A DNA stretch of 64,000 bases from Cyanophyceae cyanobacterium (lineage in GTDB: Bacteria > Cyanobacteriota > Cyanobacteriia > Cyanobacteriales > JBHJGN01), in assembly GCA_050331735.1 (NCBI GenBank), contig JBHJGN010000049.1, forward strand, positions 1 to 64,000, written 5' to 3'. Within the stretch, counting starts at the first letter, position 1. Every line of letters starts with the position of its first letter. Of the stretch, positions 19,736 to 30,703 are shown piece after piece. The position numbers and the translations under genes are program-made. A model generated the notes under the pieces. It saw only the letters and a program-made list of their open reading frames with translations, did no database searches and had not been told where the DNA came from.

Positions 19736-20488
19736 TTACCCAAAGCGATAGCCAAACCCGCGAACAGTAATCAGATATTCTGGCTGACTTGGATCTTGCT
19801 CAAGCTTTTCGCGGAGCCAGCGAATGTGAACGTCCACTGTTTTAGTATCTCCTAAAAAATCTGGTCCCCAAACTCGCTCAATGAGCTGCTCCCGCGACCA
19901 GACTCGCCGGGGATAGCTCATGAACAGTTCCAGCAACCGAAATTCTTTCGGAGACAGGCTGGCTTCGTTTCCCCGCACCGTGACGCGGCATTCTTGCGGA
20001 TAGAGATGAATCTCCCGATATTGCTGAAGGGAAGCATGGGACGAAACGCTGTAGCTTTGGCGACGAATCAAAGCCCGACAGCGAGCCACCAGTTCTCGCA
20101 TACTAAAAGGCTTAGTGAGGTAGTCGTCTGCTCCCACTTCTAAGCCCAACACTCGATCTGTTTCACTGGCTTTGGCACTCAGAATCAAAATTGGAATCGT
20201 ATTCCCCTCATAGCGTAATAAACGACAAATATCTAACCCATTAATTTGAGGCAGCATGAGATCGAGAATCACCAAGTCAAAGGGAAACTCAGTCTCGCTG
20301 GCCGGAGAATTTTGCAGAAATTTTAGTGCGGTCCGCCCATCGTTGGCCGTACTAACCTCATACCCTTCCTCCTCCAGTGCTAAAACGATCATGTCTCGAA
20401 TTAAATCTTCATCCTCGACGACAAGAATGCGGCTTGCCTGTACTAACTTAGAACTAGGAGAACTTTGAGGAATGTCCAGGGATAGCAT
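19736..20488 (-). CDS. sphR: OmpR-family response regulator SphR (PhoB-like)
   Basis: Start reassigned to ATG 20488; 'ILVVEDE', 'LDLMLP', 'GADDYLTKPF', 'TKTVDVHIRWLREKLE'; first gene of the sphR-sphS-phoU run. Confidence 0.9.
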   Translation of the reverse strand: MLSLDIPQSSPSSKLVQASRILVVEDEDLIRDMIVLALEEEGYEVSTANDGRTALKFLQNSPASETEFPFDLVILDLMLPQINGLDICRLLRYEGNTIPILILSAKASETDRVLGLEVGADDYLTKPFSMRELVARCRALIRRQSYSVSSHASLQQYREIHLYPQECRVTVRGNEASLSPKEFRLLELFMSYPRRVWSREQLIERVWGPDFLGDTKTVDVHIRWLREKLEQDPSQPEYLITVRGFGYRFG

Positions 20489-20662
20489 AAAAGTATTTAA
20501 TTTATTTGCTCTATGCTCACATATACAACAAAACCTGTGGTTTTGATCTAAGCAATTGGGATTAACCAAGGCTTGACAGGCGACACAAGCCCCCGAATCG
20601 AATTCGGGGAGCGCGCCTTTACTTTTAGCATAGATCTATGTCGTTCCAAAAGTCTAATCAGC

Positions 20663-21409
20663 ATGTTACTGCATTTAAGCACCTGGCAAGAGGTCGAAAC
20701 CTATTTACAAACATCTCAAGGCATGATTCTGCCGATCGGCTCAACCGAACAACACGGGCCAACAGGGTTAATCGGGACTGATGCTATCTGCGCAGAGGCG
20801 ATCGCTGCCGGAGTGGGAGAAGCGACCGGGGCCCTCGTCGGTCCAACAATTAACGTGGGGATGGCGCTTCACCATACCGAGTTTCCCGGCACGATCAGCC
20901 TGCGTCCCAGTACGCTCATTGCCGTTATCCTAGACTATACAACTTGCCTGGTGCGGGCTGGTTTCACTCGCTTTTTCTTCATCAACGGACACGGCGGCAA
21001 CATCGCGACCCTCAAAGCCGCCTTTGCTGAAACCTACTACCACTTGAGCCATCTTCCTCTTCCCCACGCCACTGCCGTTCAGTGTCGCCTCGGCAACTGG
21101 TTTATGTGTCGCTCCGTTTACCAGCTTGCCAAAGAACTATACGGGAATCAGGAAGGCTCTCACGCAACTCCCAGCGAAGTCGCTCTTACCCAATATGTTT
21201 ATCCGGAGTCTATCAAGCAGGCTCCCCTAGCAGACGTCGCCTCTGGATATCCTATCTATGGCGCTGCCAACTTCCGCGAGCGCTACCCTGATGGACGCAT
21301 GGGGTCCAACCCCGCCCTCGCCACGCCAGAACACGGCAAGCAACTTTACGACCGAGCCGTTGAAGAACTCAGCAAAACCTATCTAGAGTTTGTTAATAGT
21401 GAACAATAG
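20663..21409 (+). CDS. Creatininase family amidohydrolase
   Basis: 'PIGSTEQHG', 'NGHGGN', 'SHA..SE' metal ligands; start at ATG 20663 (MLLHLSTWQEV). Confidence 0.9.
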   Translation: MLLHLSTWQEVETYLQTSQGMILPIGSTEQHGPTGLIGTDAICAEAIAAGVGEATGALVGPTINVGMALHHTEFPGTISLRPSTLIAVILDYTTCLVRAGFTRFFFINGHGGNIATLKAAFAETYYHLSHLPLPHATAVQCRLGNWFMCRSVYQLAKELYGNQEGSHATPSEVALTQYVYPESIKQAPLADVASGYPIYGAANFRERYPDGRMGSNPALATPEHGKQLYDRAVEELSKTYLEFVNSEQ

Positions 21410-21452
21410 GCCACGAACAATCAACGTTTGGTTTCTGTTGATTGTTCGTGGC

Positions 21453-22046
21453 TCAAAAACTATAGCGTTCTTCTGCCCAGGGTTCTCCCCGGCGATGATA
21501 GCCGTTGCGTTCCCAAAATCCCATTTCTTCTCGATCGAGAAATTCGATGCCGTTGATCCACTTAGCGCTTTTCCAGGCGTAAAGATGAGGCACCACTAAC
21601 CGCATCGGCCCCCCGTGTTCTGCCGGGAGGGGATCTCCGAAGAGCCTATGGGCAAAAAAGTTTTCTTCCCGCACAAAGTCCTCTAGAGCAAGGTTGGTCG
21701 TATAGCCACCGTAACAGTGCTCCATAATGTGAGTGGCTCTGGGATCGAGTTCGACTAGCTTCATCAAGTCGGTCACTTTGATGCCCGTCCACTTAACATC
21801 CAATTTAGACCAGCGCGTGACGCAGTGAAAATCTTCGGTAAACTCGTGCTGCGGCAGCTCCATAAAATCTGACCACGACAGCGACTGGGGGGCTGCTAAC
21901 CCCCAAACCCGAAACTCCCAATCATCCGAGTTGACGCGGGGGGTTTCTCCATAGGTCAGCACCGGAAACCCCTTGGTTAAGTACTGACCAGGAGGCACAC
22001 GATCGCTCTGGGAGGAGTCTGGCTTTTGAAAAAACTTTCCTAACAT
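21453..22046 (-). CDS. Sulfite oxidase-like molybdopterin oxidoreductase
   Basis: 'PPGQY', 'DFHCVTRWS', 'EHGGPMRLVVPHLYAWKSAKW', 'GFWERNGYH'. Confidence 0.9.
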   Translation of the reverse strand: MLGKFFQKPDSSQSDRVPPGQYLTKGFPVLTYGETPRVNSDDWEFRVWGLAAPQSLSWSDFMELPQHEFTEDFHCVTRWSKLDVKWTGIKVTDLMKLVELDPRATHIMEHCYGGYTTNLALEDFVREENFFAHRLFGDPLPAEHGGPMRLVVPHLYAWKSAKWINGIEFLDREEMGFWERNGYHRRGEPWAEERYSF

Positions 22047-22151
22047 GCTCTTTAAAATTAAAAATGCAAAATTAAGCCTTAGTAATTTTCACAGGGCAAA
22101 TCTTTAATGACTCCGTACTCAAACGGAGATTGGGTTTCTTGCCGTTTGGGC

Positions 22152-22325
22152 TTAATCTTCTTCCTCTTCCTCTGAAGATGGATAGACAAAGCTATTCGAG
22201 CGTCCGGTTAACACTGATTTGCCCAGGGAAAGCGCTTTTTGAGCTTCGAGGGCGGCTTTTCTCTTCCAGTGGGCTTTGCGCTGATTTCTTTTGGTTTTGG
22301 AGGTCTTTTTCTTAGGAACAGCCAT
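22152..22325 (-). CDS. rpmF: 50S ribosomal protein L32 (57 aa; below the ORF-track cutoff)
   Basis: Manual translation: [57 protein letters not shown]. Confidence 0.96.
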   Translation of the reverse strand: MAVPKKKTSKTKRNQRKAHWKRKAALEAQKALSLGKSVLTGRSNSFVYPSSEEEEED

Positions 22326-22431
22326 ACTTGGTTACCTTTTACTAATTAGCCTTACCATTTTAGAAGATGAATGCAGGATGAGCATTAAAAACTGAATCAC
22401 CCCCGAAGGTCCGGCTCATCCTGGATATTTT

Positions 22432-24177
22432 CTAGGAGGCAACGGTGGCGGTAGAACGCCGCCGGCGATAGGTTCTGGTGTCTTGTTCTGGCGGGGCGAT
22501 TGTCTGTAGGGAGAAAATGACCAGCGGATAGCTTTGCAGTTCTCGACGGGCCAGACGCTGGAGACTGCTTTCGATTTCTTGACGCAGGTTCTCCCAGTCA
22601 ACATCGACTGAGCCATCATTATGAGAATCGAGGCGATCGCTCAACGCTTTTTCAATGGTGCGATTAACGAGATCCTGCAAAAATGATTTTTTCACCGTTG
22701 TGACCACACCTTTCCAGATGATTTCTGGCGGAGTTACTAAGTTACCGTCGCTGTCAACAGTGACGGCTACAGCGATCACGCCGTCCTCGGCTAGCTGCTG
22801 TCGTTCTTGGAGCGTATTTCTGTGAACGACTCCAGCGCGGTCTACGAGCTCAATCCCGGCAGGAACCTGCCCAATGATGCCAATGCCATCCTCGGCTACT
22901 TCAACAACATCACCATTATGGATAATCACGGTGTTTTCTGGAGCAATTCCCATACTGTGAGCCATCTGCGCGTGCTGCGTCAGCATCCGATGTTCTCCAT
23001 GAACGGGAATGAAATACCGAGGGCGCGTCAAAGCGAGCATCAGCTTTTGGTCTTCTTGGGAACCGTGGCCTGAGACGTGAATGCCTTCGTGACGACCATA
23101 AACGACCGTGGCTCCCTGCATCATCAAACGATCGATAGTATTAACGACGGCAATGGTATTGCCAGGGATGGGATTGGCGGAAAAGACCACGGTATCGCCA
23201 GAGCGGATTTTAACGTGTCGATGTTCGCCCCAAGAAATTCGGGTGAGGGCAGAAAGAGGTTCTCCTTGAGAACCAGTCGTCAGGATCAAGATCTGCTCAT
23301 CGCTGAGGCGGCCAATTTGCCTGATCGGCTCAAACAGACTATCGGGACATTTGATGTAGCCTAAGTTACGGGCATGAGCAATAATATTGAGCATAGAACG
23401 CCCAACGACAGCGACCTTGCGATTGTGCTTCTGGGCCAGTTCTAAAATCATATTGACCCGATGGACAGAGGAGGCAAACGTCGTTACCAGCAGCCGCCCC
23501 GGTGCCTGAGCGATCGCGCGATCTAGATTCGGAAAAACAGAGCGTTCTGATGGAGTGTAACCCGGTACTTCAGCGTTGGTAGAATCGCTTAAAAGACACA
23601 AAACGCCCTGTTCGCCGTACTTGGCTAGCTTTTGTAAATCAAAGTATTCTCCATCGACGGGGGTGTGATCGACCTTGAAATCTCCGCTGTGGATAACGAT
23701 GCCCAGAGGAGTCCGAATCGCTACGGTAAAGCTATCGGAAATCGAATGGGTGTTCCGCAAAAATTCCACGGAAAACGACTGGCCAATCCGGACAGTTTCG
23801 CGCGGAAGAACGCTTTTTAGGTGAGTCCGGTCTTTCACTCCGGCCTCTTCTAGTTTGTCCCGCAGCAACGCCATGGCGAGACGAGGACCGTAAATAATCG
23901 GGACGTCGAACTGTTTTAAATGGTAGGGAATGCCGCCGATATGATCTTCATGACCGTGGGTGACGATCATCCCTCGAATTTTGTGGCGATTTTCCCGGAG
24001 GTAAGTTGTATCGGGAAGAACGACGTTGACGCCGTGCATGTCATCGCTGGGAAAAGCAATGCCAGCGTCGAGCAGCAGAATTTCGTCGTTGTATTCAAAT
24101 ACACAGGTGTTCTTGCCAATCTCGTGCAGACCACCCAAAGGAATAATTTTAAGTGTATTGGCTTCGTCTTGTTTCAT
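22432..24177 (-). CDS. rnj: Ribonuclease J
   Basis: 'PLGGLHEIGKN', MBL 'THGHEDHIG', 'HSGDFK', 'DSTNA', 'HVSGH', 'PVHGE'. Confidence 0.96.
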   Translation of the reverse strand: MKQDEANTLKIIPLGGLHEIGKNTCVFEYNDEILLLDAGIAFPSDDMHGVNVVLPDTTYLRENRHKIRGMIVTHGHEDHIGGIPYHLKQFDVPIIYGPRLAMALLRDKLEEAGVKDRTHLKSVLPRETVRIGQSFSVEFLRNTHSISDSFTVAIRTPLGIVIHSGDFKVDHTPVDGEYFDLQKLAKYGEQGVLCLLSDSTNAEVPGYTPSERSVFPNLDRAIAQAPGRLLVTTFASSVHRVNMILELAQKHNRKVAVVGRSMLNIIAHARNLGYIKCPDSLFEPIRQIGRLSDEQILILTTGSQGEPLSALTRISWGEHRHVKIRSGDTVVFSANPIPGNTIAVVNTIDRLMMQGATVVYGRHEGIHVSGHGSQEDQKLMLALTRPRYFIPVHGEHRMLTQHAQMAHSMGIAPENTVIIHNGDVVEVAEDGIGIIGQVPAGIELVDRAGVVHRNTLQERQQLAEDGVIAVAVTVDSDGNLVTPPEIIWKGVVTTVKKSFLQDLVNRTIEKALSDRLDSHNDGSVDVDWENLRQEIESSLQRLARRELQSYPLVIFSLQTIAPPEQDTRTYRRRRSTATVAS

Positions 24178-24589
24178 TTGCCTCCTTCGTATTTATCTCA
24201 TTGGTCGGTGTTGCTTAAAACGGTGTTTAGATACTGCAAATTTTATAAAGGTTAAAATAAAAAGCTCACGCTCGAAGCAGCGGGATTGCCTCTGAAAGCC
24301 AGCTTATTTTCGATAGTTTTAATAAAAGCTCAGCTCAAGACTTTTAGAAATTCACAGAATCGGTCTCGAATTGCTGCGACTCTGTTATGTTAATAGATTA
24401 AAATATTAATATACTTATATTAACAGTTTAAATTTAAAAATTCGCAACTCTTCTGCATCAATGAGGCCGGTAGAAGAAGTTGTGATTCCGCCGAGGCAAG
24501 CTGACTCAAGGCGGCTTCGCTGAGGAGAGCCACAGGCTACGGCGAGCAAAACTTCTAGAGCAGCCACGATTTTAGTTCTTGTTGTGAGT

Positions 24590-25633
24590 TTAAACAGACG
24601 CGCTGGGCATCAGGGAGCGCAGCAGATTTTCTTGCAGCAGGAGTTCAGCAATTTGTACAGCGTTCAGCGCCGCTCCTTTGCGAATTTGATCGCCACAGAG
24701 CCAGAGTTCTAAACCGCAGGAATGAGAAAGATCCTGGCGAATTCTTCCAACGAGCACCTCATCTCGCCCCGTTGCCTCTATTGGCATCGGAAAATAATTG
24801 GCCTGCCAATCCTCGACCAATCTTACTCCCGGAGCAGATGACAAAGTTTTTCTCGCCTCTTCGACAGCAAAGGGCTGCTCAAATTCGAGATTGATGGCTT
24901 CTGAATGAGCCCGGAGAATCGGCACCCGTACGCAGGTAGCGCTTAAGCGCAAGTTTTGATCGCCAAATATTTTTCGCGTCTCGTTGATCATTTTCATCTC
25001 CTCCTCGCAGTACCCTAGCTCATTCAGAGGAGAATTGTGCGGAAAGAGATTGAACGCCAAAGGATAAGGAAAAACTTCAGGCTGAGGGGATTGCTGGTTT
25101 AGCACAGCCTGCGCTTGAGCTTTAACTTCTGCCATCGCTCGATTCCCAGCGCCGCTGGCCGATTGATAGGTTGCCGCGACTATCCGCTGAATCGGCTGCA
25201 CCTGATGCAGGGGCCAGACTGCCATGCCCATGAGAATCGTTGTACAGTTAGGGTTGGCAATAATGCCCCGATGCTGAGCCGCTGCTTGGGGATTGATCTC
25301 TGGGACGACTAACGGCACTTCGCTGACCATCCGAAAAGCGCTAGAGTTATCGACTATCACGGCTCCAGCTTCAACAATTTTGGCTGCCCAAGTTTTGGAG
25401 GCCGTGCTGCCAGCCGAAGCAAGCACTAAATCAATTCCTTGAAACGAATCTTCGCTGACTGATTCTACCGGGACTGTTTCTCCTTGAAAGGGAAGAGTTG
25501 TGCCGGCAGAACGAGGCGAAGCCAGCAACTTGAGGCGCTGAATCGGAAACCGACGCTCTTCTAAAATTTTAATTAACTCCAGACCAACGGCTCCCGTTGC
25601 CCCTAGAATGGCAAGATTAACTTGGCTCGTCAC
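24590..25633 (-). CDS. asd: Aspartate-semialdehyde dehydrogenase
   Basis: 'GATGAVG', 'DNSSAFR', 'ANPNCTT', 'YQSASGAG', 'DQIRKGAALNAVQI'. Confidence 0.97.
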   Translation of the reverse strand: MTSQVNLAILGATGAVGLELIKILEERRFPIQRLKLLASPRSAGTTLPFQGETVPVESVSEDSFQGIDLVLASAGSTASKTWAAKIVEAGAVIVDNSSAFRMVSEVPLVVPEINPQAAAQHRGIIANPNCTTILMGMAVWPLHQVQPIQRIVAATYQSASGAGNRAMAEVKAQAQAVLNQQSPQPEVFPYPLAFNLFPHNSPLNELGYCEEEMKMINETRKIFGDQNLRLSATCVRVPILRAHSEAINLEFEQPFAVEEARKTLSSAPGVRLVEDWQANYFPMPIEATGRDEVLVGRIRQDLSHSCGLELWLCGDQIRKGAALNAVQIAELLLQENLLRSLMPSASV

Positions 25634-26000
25634 TGTTTTTCCTCTTAAACGTTATTCATCGTAGACGCGATCGCACTCAACATCTGCTGGTCTATATGAA
25701 ATTATTCTAGTTTACGCTATCAGCTTCACAAGCTCGCGACCATCAGAGCATAGCATCAATTTTAAACAACGCCTCAAGAAAGAGATGGCCTTATTCACCG
25801 ATGAATGATGATTCCTCCCCATACAGCTCAGCAGTCCGCCAAAATTCCCGCTGCTCATCTCGCATAAAACTCAGGAAGTTGTTGCAAACAGTTCAGGGAC
25901 ATCTGCCACAATAGAATATTGCTAGGAGCAGTTTGAATTTCTCTTGGAATGGAAACTGACTCTTATCAGAATAGAAATAAAGTCAAGAGTAAAGTGTCAC

Positions 26001-27446
26001 ATGAAAGTTACTCAGGAGAAGCTTCCTGCCAGCCGTATCGGCTTAGAAATAGAAATTTCTGCAGAAACGTCGCAACAGACCTACGAAAAAGTGGTTCAAA
26101 ACCTGGCTCGTTCTGCTAATATTCCTGGGTTTCGCAAAGGCAAAGTACCGCGCCCAATTTTAATTCAGCGACTGGGAGCCCAGCGCATCAAGGCAGCCGC
26201 TCTTGAAGAAATGATTCAAAACTCTCTCAAAGAAGCCGTTGAGAGCGAATCGATTGAATCTTTGGGGAACTATCAGCTTCGCTCTCAGTTTGAAGAATTG
26301 ATTGAGCAGTATCAGCCTGGAAAACCGTTCACGTTTTCAGCGTCTGTAGACGTGCCGCCGGAAGTACAGCTAGGAGACTACCAAAATCTGTCGGTGATAG
26401 CAGAGGAAACGACCTACGAGAATACCAAGGTTGATGAATTTTTAGAGCAGCAGCGTACTCAACAGGCAACACTCGTCCCGGTCGAAGACCGTCCGGCGCA
26501 AATGCTGGATGTGGCGGTGGTAGACTACACGGCCCGCTCGCTTACCGAGTCAGGAGAACCTGGAGACGTCATTCCAGATGTGCAAGCCACTGATTTCCAG
26601 GTTGAGCTAGAAGCAGGAAAATTTGTTGAAGGCTTGGTCGCGGGAATCGTTGGCATGAATTTGGAGGAAACGAAAGCAATTACCGTGACCTTTCCCACAG
26701 ATTATCCGAGAGAAGACTTAGCCGGAAAGCCAGTTCTGTTTACGGTAACGCTTAAAGAACTTAAGGAAAAAGAGCTGCCAGAGTTGGACGACGACTTTGC
26801 TGAGGAAGTGAGCGAGTTTGAAACTATGGCGGAGTTTCGAGAGTCCTTGGAGACTCAGTTTCAAGAGAAAGCCGAGCGCGAGACGAAAAGCAGTATACAC
26901 CAGGCGATTATCGCCAAGCTACTGGAGCAAAGCACCATTGATTTACCCGAATCGATGGTGGAAAAAGAAGTTGATAATCTGCTGACCCAAACCGCCATGC
27001 AAATGCAGAACTACGGTATGGACATCAAGCAACTATTTACGGCAGAAATGATTCCGCAGATGCGTCAGCGATCGCGTCCAGAGGCCATTGAGCGCATTAA
27101 GCAATCGTTGATTCTCGCAGAAATAGCCAAGCAAGAATCGCTCGAGGTTGAGCCAGAAGCGATTGAGGCAAGAGTCACAGAAATCAGTGAACAGATGCGA
27201 GAGCGAGAATTTGATTTAGAGCGGTTGCGCGAGGCTGTAGCTGAAGAATTGTTAACTGAAAAAACCCTGGACTGGCTTCAGGAGCAAGCCACCATCGAAC
27301 TCGTGAGCGCCGGGAGTTTGGCAGAGCCAGAGGAAGAATTATCAACAGATCCCGCTACTGAAGAGGAAGCCGTCGTGGACACATCGGCAGAAGCCGTCCG
27401 AGACGAAGAGGAAGCCGTCGTGGACAAACCGGCTGAGCCGCAATAA
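26001..27446 (+). CDS. tig: Trigger factor
   Basis: ATG 26001 'MKVTQEKLP'; ribosome-binding 'IPGFRKGK'; FKBP domain; 'ELPELDDDFA'. Confidence 0.96.
   Translation: MKVTQEKLPASRIGLEIEISAETSQQTYEKVVQNLARSANIPGFRKGKVPRPILIQRLGAQRIKAAALEEMIQNSLKEAVESESIESLGNYQLRSQFEELIEQYQPGKPFTFSASVDVPPEVQLGDYQNLSVIAEETTYENTKVDEFLEQQRTQQATLVPVEDRPAQMLDVAVVDYTARSLTESGEPGDVIPDVQATDFQVELEAGKFVEGLVAGIVGMNLEETKAITVTFPTDYPREDLAGKPVLFTVTLKELKEKELPELDDDFAEEVSEFETMAEFRESLETQFQEKAERETKSSIHQAIIAKLLEQSTIDLPESMVEKEVDNLLTQTAMQMQNYGMDIKQLFTAEMIPQMRQRSRPEAIERIKQSLILAEIAKQESLEVEPEAIEARVTEISEQMREREFDLERLREAVAEELLTEKTLDWLQEQATIELVSAGSLAEPEEELSTDPATEEEAVVDTSAEAVRDEEEAVVDKPAEPQ
27360..27426 (+). repeat. 22-bp direct repeat (45-nt period) in the tig 3' end
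   Basis: GAAGAGGAAGCCGTCGTGGACA at 27360-27381 and 27405-27426, encoding EEEAVVD twice. Confidence 0.9.
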
Positions 27447-27634
27447 AGTAGACAGTCCTTTTCTTGGCTAGCAAGGTTGTTATTCCGTTCGCTGGCTCCC
27501 AATCCCTCAAGAGATAGGGCATAATGTTCACTAGAAGAGCATTTTTTCGATGTTGTTTAGGCTCAAACGGTTTTAAGTTAATCTCCATTTAATCTACGCA
27601 GCAGCCTCGTACAGTTTTTTAAGGGATAAATTTC

Positions 27635-28324
27635 ATGGTTCAATCTAGATCGCCCCAGTATCCAATCGTTAGCTACCAGCGTCCGCAAATCTACTCGATG
27701 AGCCAAAATGTTGTGCCAATGGTGGTAGAACAGTCCGGCATGGGCGAGCGGGCGTTTGATATTTACTCGCGACTGCTGCGAGAGCGGATCGTGTTTCTGG
27801 GCACTCCTGTTGACGATACGGTTGCCGACTCAATCGTGGCTCAATTACTGTTCCTAGAGGCCGAAGATCCAGAGAAGGATATTCAGCTTTACATCAACTC
27901 TCCTGGAGGCTCCGTTTATGCGGGGATGGCTATATACGATACCATGCAGCAAATTCGCCCGGACGTGGTGACGATCTGCTTTGGATTAGCGGCTAGCATG
28001 GGAGCTTTTCTTCTCTCTGGAGGAACTCAAGGCAAACGGATGGCGCTACCGAGCGCCCGCATTATGATTCACCAGCCTCTAGGGGGTGCGCAGGGACAAG
28101 CCGTTGAAATTGAGATTCAGGCCAAAGAGATTCTCTATATCAAGAAAAAACTTAACGAGTTGCTAGCCGAACACACCGGACAACCCTATGAGACAATTGC
28201 AAACGATACCGAACGAGATTTCTTCATGTCTTCTCAGGAGGCTAAAGAATACGGCTTGATCGATCAAGTCATTTCTCGACCGGAACTGTCTAACCCTGAA
28301 GTTCCCGTAACGTCCCTATCTTAA
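27635..28324 (+). CDS. clpP: ATP-dependent Clp protease proteolytic subunit
   Basis: '[11 protein letters not shown]', 'YINSPGGSV', 'AASMGAFLL', 'IMIHQP', 'ERDFFM'. Confidence 0.97.
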   Translation: MVQSRSPQYPIVSYQRPQIYSMSQNVVPMVVEQSGMGERAFDIYSRLLRERIVFLGTPVDDTVADSIVAQLLFLEAEDPEKDIQLYINSPGGSVYAGMAIYDTMQQIRPDVVTICFGLAASMGAFLLSGGTQGKRMALPSARIMIHQPLGGAQGQAVEIEIQAKEILYIKKKLNELLAEHTGQPYETIANDTERDFFMSSQEAKEYGLIDQVISRPELSNPEVPVTSLS

Positions 28325-28334
28325 GAGGATTAGC

Positions 28335-29645
28335 ATGTCCAAATACGACTCCCATCTAAAATGTTCATTCTGCGGTAAGTCCCAGGAGCAGGTCCGTAAG
28401 TTGATTGCTGGTCCGGGAGTCTACATCTGTGATGAATGCGTTGAGCTTTGTAATGAAATTCTAGACGAGGAGTTGATCGATGCTTCTCCCTCGGTTTCTT
28501 CAGTATCGCGGACAGAAGAACAGGGTCAGAAACGCCGTCATGGTCGCGGAATTTCCTTCAGTCAAATTCCTAAACCGAGAGAGATTAAAAAGTACCTCGA
28601 CGAATACGTGATTGGTCAGGAGGATGCTAAGAAGGTGCTCTCGGTAGCGGTGTACAATCACTACAAGCGGCTGAGCTGTAACCAAGGGACCGCAGACGAT
28701 GCTGTCGAACTGCAGAAGTCGAATATTCTACTCATCGGCCCAACTGGCTGTGGAAAAACCCTCCTGGCTCAAACCCTGGCCAAAATTCTCGATGTTCCCT
28801 TTGCCGTTGCCGACGCGACCACCCTTACAGAAGCCGGATACGTCGGAGAAGATGTTGAAAATATCTTGCTACGGCTGCTTCAGGTGGCAGATTTTGATGT
28901 CGAGGAAGCACAGCGAGGGATTATTTACATCGACGAAATTGACAAAATTGCTCGCAAGAGCGAAAACCCATCGATTACCCGCGATGTTTCTGGAGAAGGA
29001 GTGCAGCAGGCCCTCCTGAAGATGCTAGAGGGAACCGTCGCCAACGTTCCGCCTCAGGGAGGACGCAAGCATCCCTACCAAGACTGCATTCAAATTGACA
29101 CTAGCAACATCTTGTTTGTCTGTGGCGGGGCTTTTGTCGGCTTAGATAAAGTGTTAGAGCAAAGAGCTGGCAAGAAATCGATGGGCTTTGTGCGTCCTGG
29201 AGAAGGAGCGAAGTGGTCAGCCGAAAAGCTGAACAATCTCCAGCCGGATGACTTGGTAAAATTTGGGATGATTCCCGAATTTGTTGGTCGGATTCCGGTC
29301 ATGGCGGCCCTATCGTCCCTCGACGAAGAAGCGCTGATGGCTATTCTGACCAAGCCCCGCAACGCTCTGGTGAAGCAGTATCAGAAACTGCTCAAGATGG
29401 ATAACGTCCAGCTAGAATTTAAAGCCGATGCCGTCCGGGCGATCGCACAAGAAGCCTATCGCCGCAGAACAGGAGCTAGAGCGCTCAGAGGGATTGTTGA
29501 AGAACTGATGCTGGAAGTGATGTACGAGTTGCCGTCCCGCAAAGATGTCCGTCGCTGCCTGATTACGAAAGAAATGGTCGAGAAACGTTCGACTGCTGAA
29601 CTACTGCTTCATCCCTCTTCCTTGCCTAAGCAAGAATCAGCCTAG
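28335..29645 (+). CDS. clpX: ATP-dependent Clp protease ATP-binding subunit
   Basis: Zn finger 'CSFCGK..CDEC', Walker A 'GPTGCGKT', 'GYVGEDVE', 'IDEIDK', 'RKH' loop. Confidence 0.98.
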   Translation: MSKYDSHLKCSFCGKSQEQVRKLIAGPGVYICDECVELCNEILDEELIDASPSVSSVSRTEEQGQKRRHGRGISFSQIPKPREIKKYLDEYVIGQEDAKKVLSVAVYNHYKRLSCNQGTADDAVELQKSNILLIGPTGCGKTLLAQTLAKILDVPFAVADATTLTEAGYVGEDVENILLRLLQVADFDVEEAQRGIIYIDEIDKIARKSENPSITRDVSGEGVQQALLKMLEGTVANVPPQGGRKHPYQDCIQIDTSNILFVCGGAFVGLDKVLEQRAGKKSMGFVRPGEGAKWSAEKLNNLQPDDLVKFGMIPEFVGRIPVMAALSSLDEEALMAILTKPRNALVKQYQKLLKMDNVQLEFKADAVRAIAQEAYRRRTGARALRGIVEELMLEVMYELPSRKDVRRCLITKEMVEKRSTAELLLHPSSLPKQESA

Positions 29646-29739
29646 AAGGGAGCGGTTGCCGCTTGATAGTGCTGAGTGTGAGAAGAGAGTGCTGAGTTAT
29701 CCGTGACCCGGTTAATCACTTACTGGTCACTGCTTACGA

Positions 29740-30615
29740 ATGAAGATGTCTAAGTTAACTGTACGCGGTGTCGATCATTACTACGAGTGGATTCGACAGC
29801 CAGAACGCGAGAATCAGAAGCCAGTCATGGTGTTTATTCATGGCTGGGGAGGGTCGGCACGATACTGGGAGAGTACCGCGCAAGCCCTGTGCGCTCAATT
29901 TGACTGTCTGCTGTACGATCTCAGAGGATTTGGTCGCTCTTTATTATCGGACAAAACATCGGCGAGCTACGAACTGGAAACCTATGCGGAGGACTTGGCG
30001 GCTCTACTGACGGCTCTTAACTTAGAGACGGTGTACATTAATGCCCATTCAATGGGAGCTTCCATCGCGACTCTATTTCTCAATCTCTATCCTCATCATG
30101 TTCACCGAGCCATTTTAACCTGTAGCGGAATTTTTGAGTACGACGAAAAAGCGTTTGCTGCCTTCTACAAGTTTGGCGGTTACGTGGTGAAATTTCGCTA
30201 TCGGTGGTTTCTCAATCTCCCTTTTATGGACCGGATGTTTATGGCGCGGTTTCTGCATCGACCCATCAGAGGCCAAGAACGACGAGCGTTTTTAGAGGAT
30301 TTTCTGGTCGCTGACTACGAAGCGGCTCTCAACACGATTTTCACCTCAGTAAGCAAGCAAGCCGTCGAAGTGATGCCCAAGGAATTTGCGAAAATTCAGG
30401 TGCCGACTCTATTAGTGGCCGGAGAAAAAGATATTATTATTCCTGCCAAGATGGGGCGACAGGCCGCAGCGCTCAGTGAGAATATTGAGTACGTCGAGAT
30501 AGCTAAAACGGCTCACTTTCCGATGCTAGAGGATGCTTCGACTTATCTAAGCATCGTGCGCGAGTTTTTGGGGGTGAGCGAGGAGCCGCATGACCGACAA
30601 TCTGAGTCAGAGTAG
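29740..30615 (+). CDS. Alpha/beta-fold hydrolase
   Basis: 'FIHGWGG', 'YDLRGFG', nucleophile elbow 'AHSMG', 'GEKD', 'AHFP'. Confidence 0.9.
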   Translation: MKMSKLTVRGVDHYYEWIRQPERENQKPVMVFIHGWGGSARYWESTAQALCAQFDCLLYDLRGFGRSLLSDKTSASYELETYAEDLAALLTALNLETVYINAHSMGASIATLFLNLYPHHVHRAILTCSGIFEYDEKAFAAFYKFGGYVVKFRYRWFLNLPFMDRMFMARFLHRPIRGQERRAFLEDFLVADYEAALNTIFTSVSKQAVEVMPKEFAKIQVPTLLVAGEKDIIIPAKMGRQAAALSENIEYVEIAKTAHFPMLEDASTYLSIVREFLGVSEEPHDRQSESE

Positions 30616-30703
30616 TTATAGTGATGAAGGAACTTGTTTCACTTCAGTCAGCGTTGAGGAGAAACAACCGCCAACCAGCGACTAGCCAGCAGACACGAAG
30701 ACA

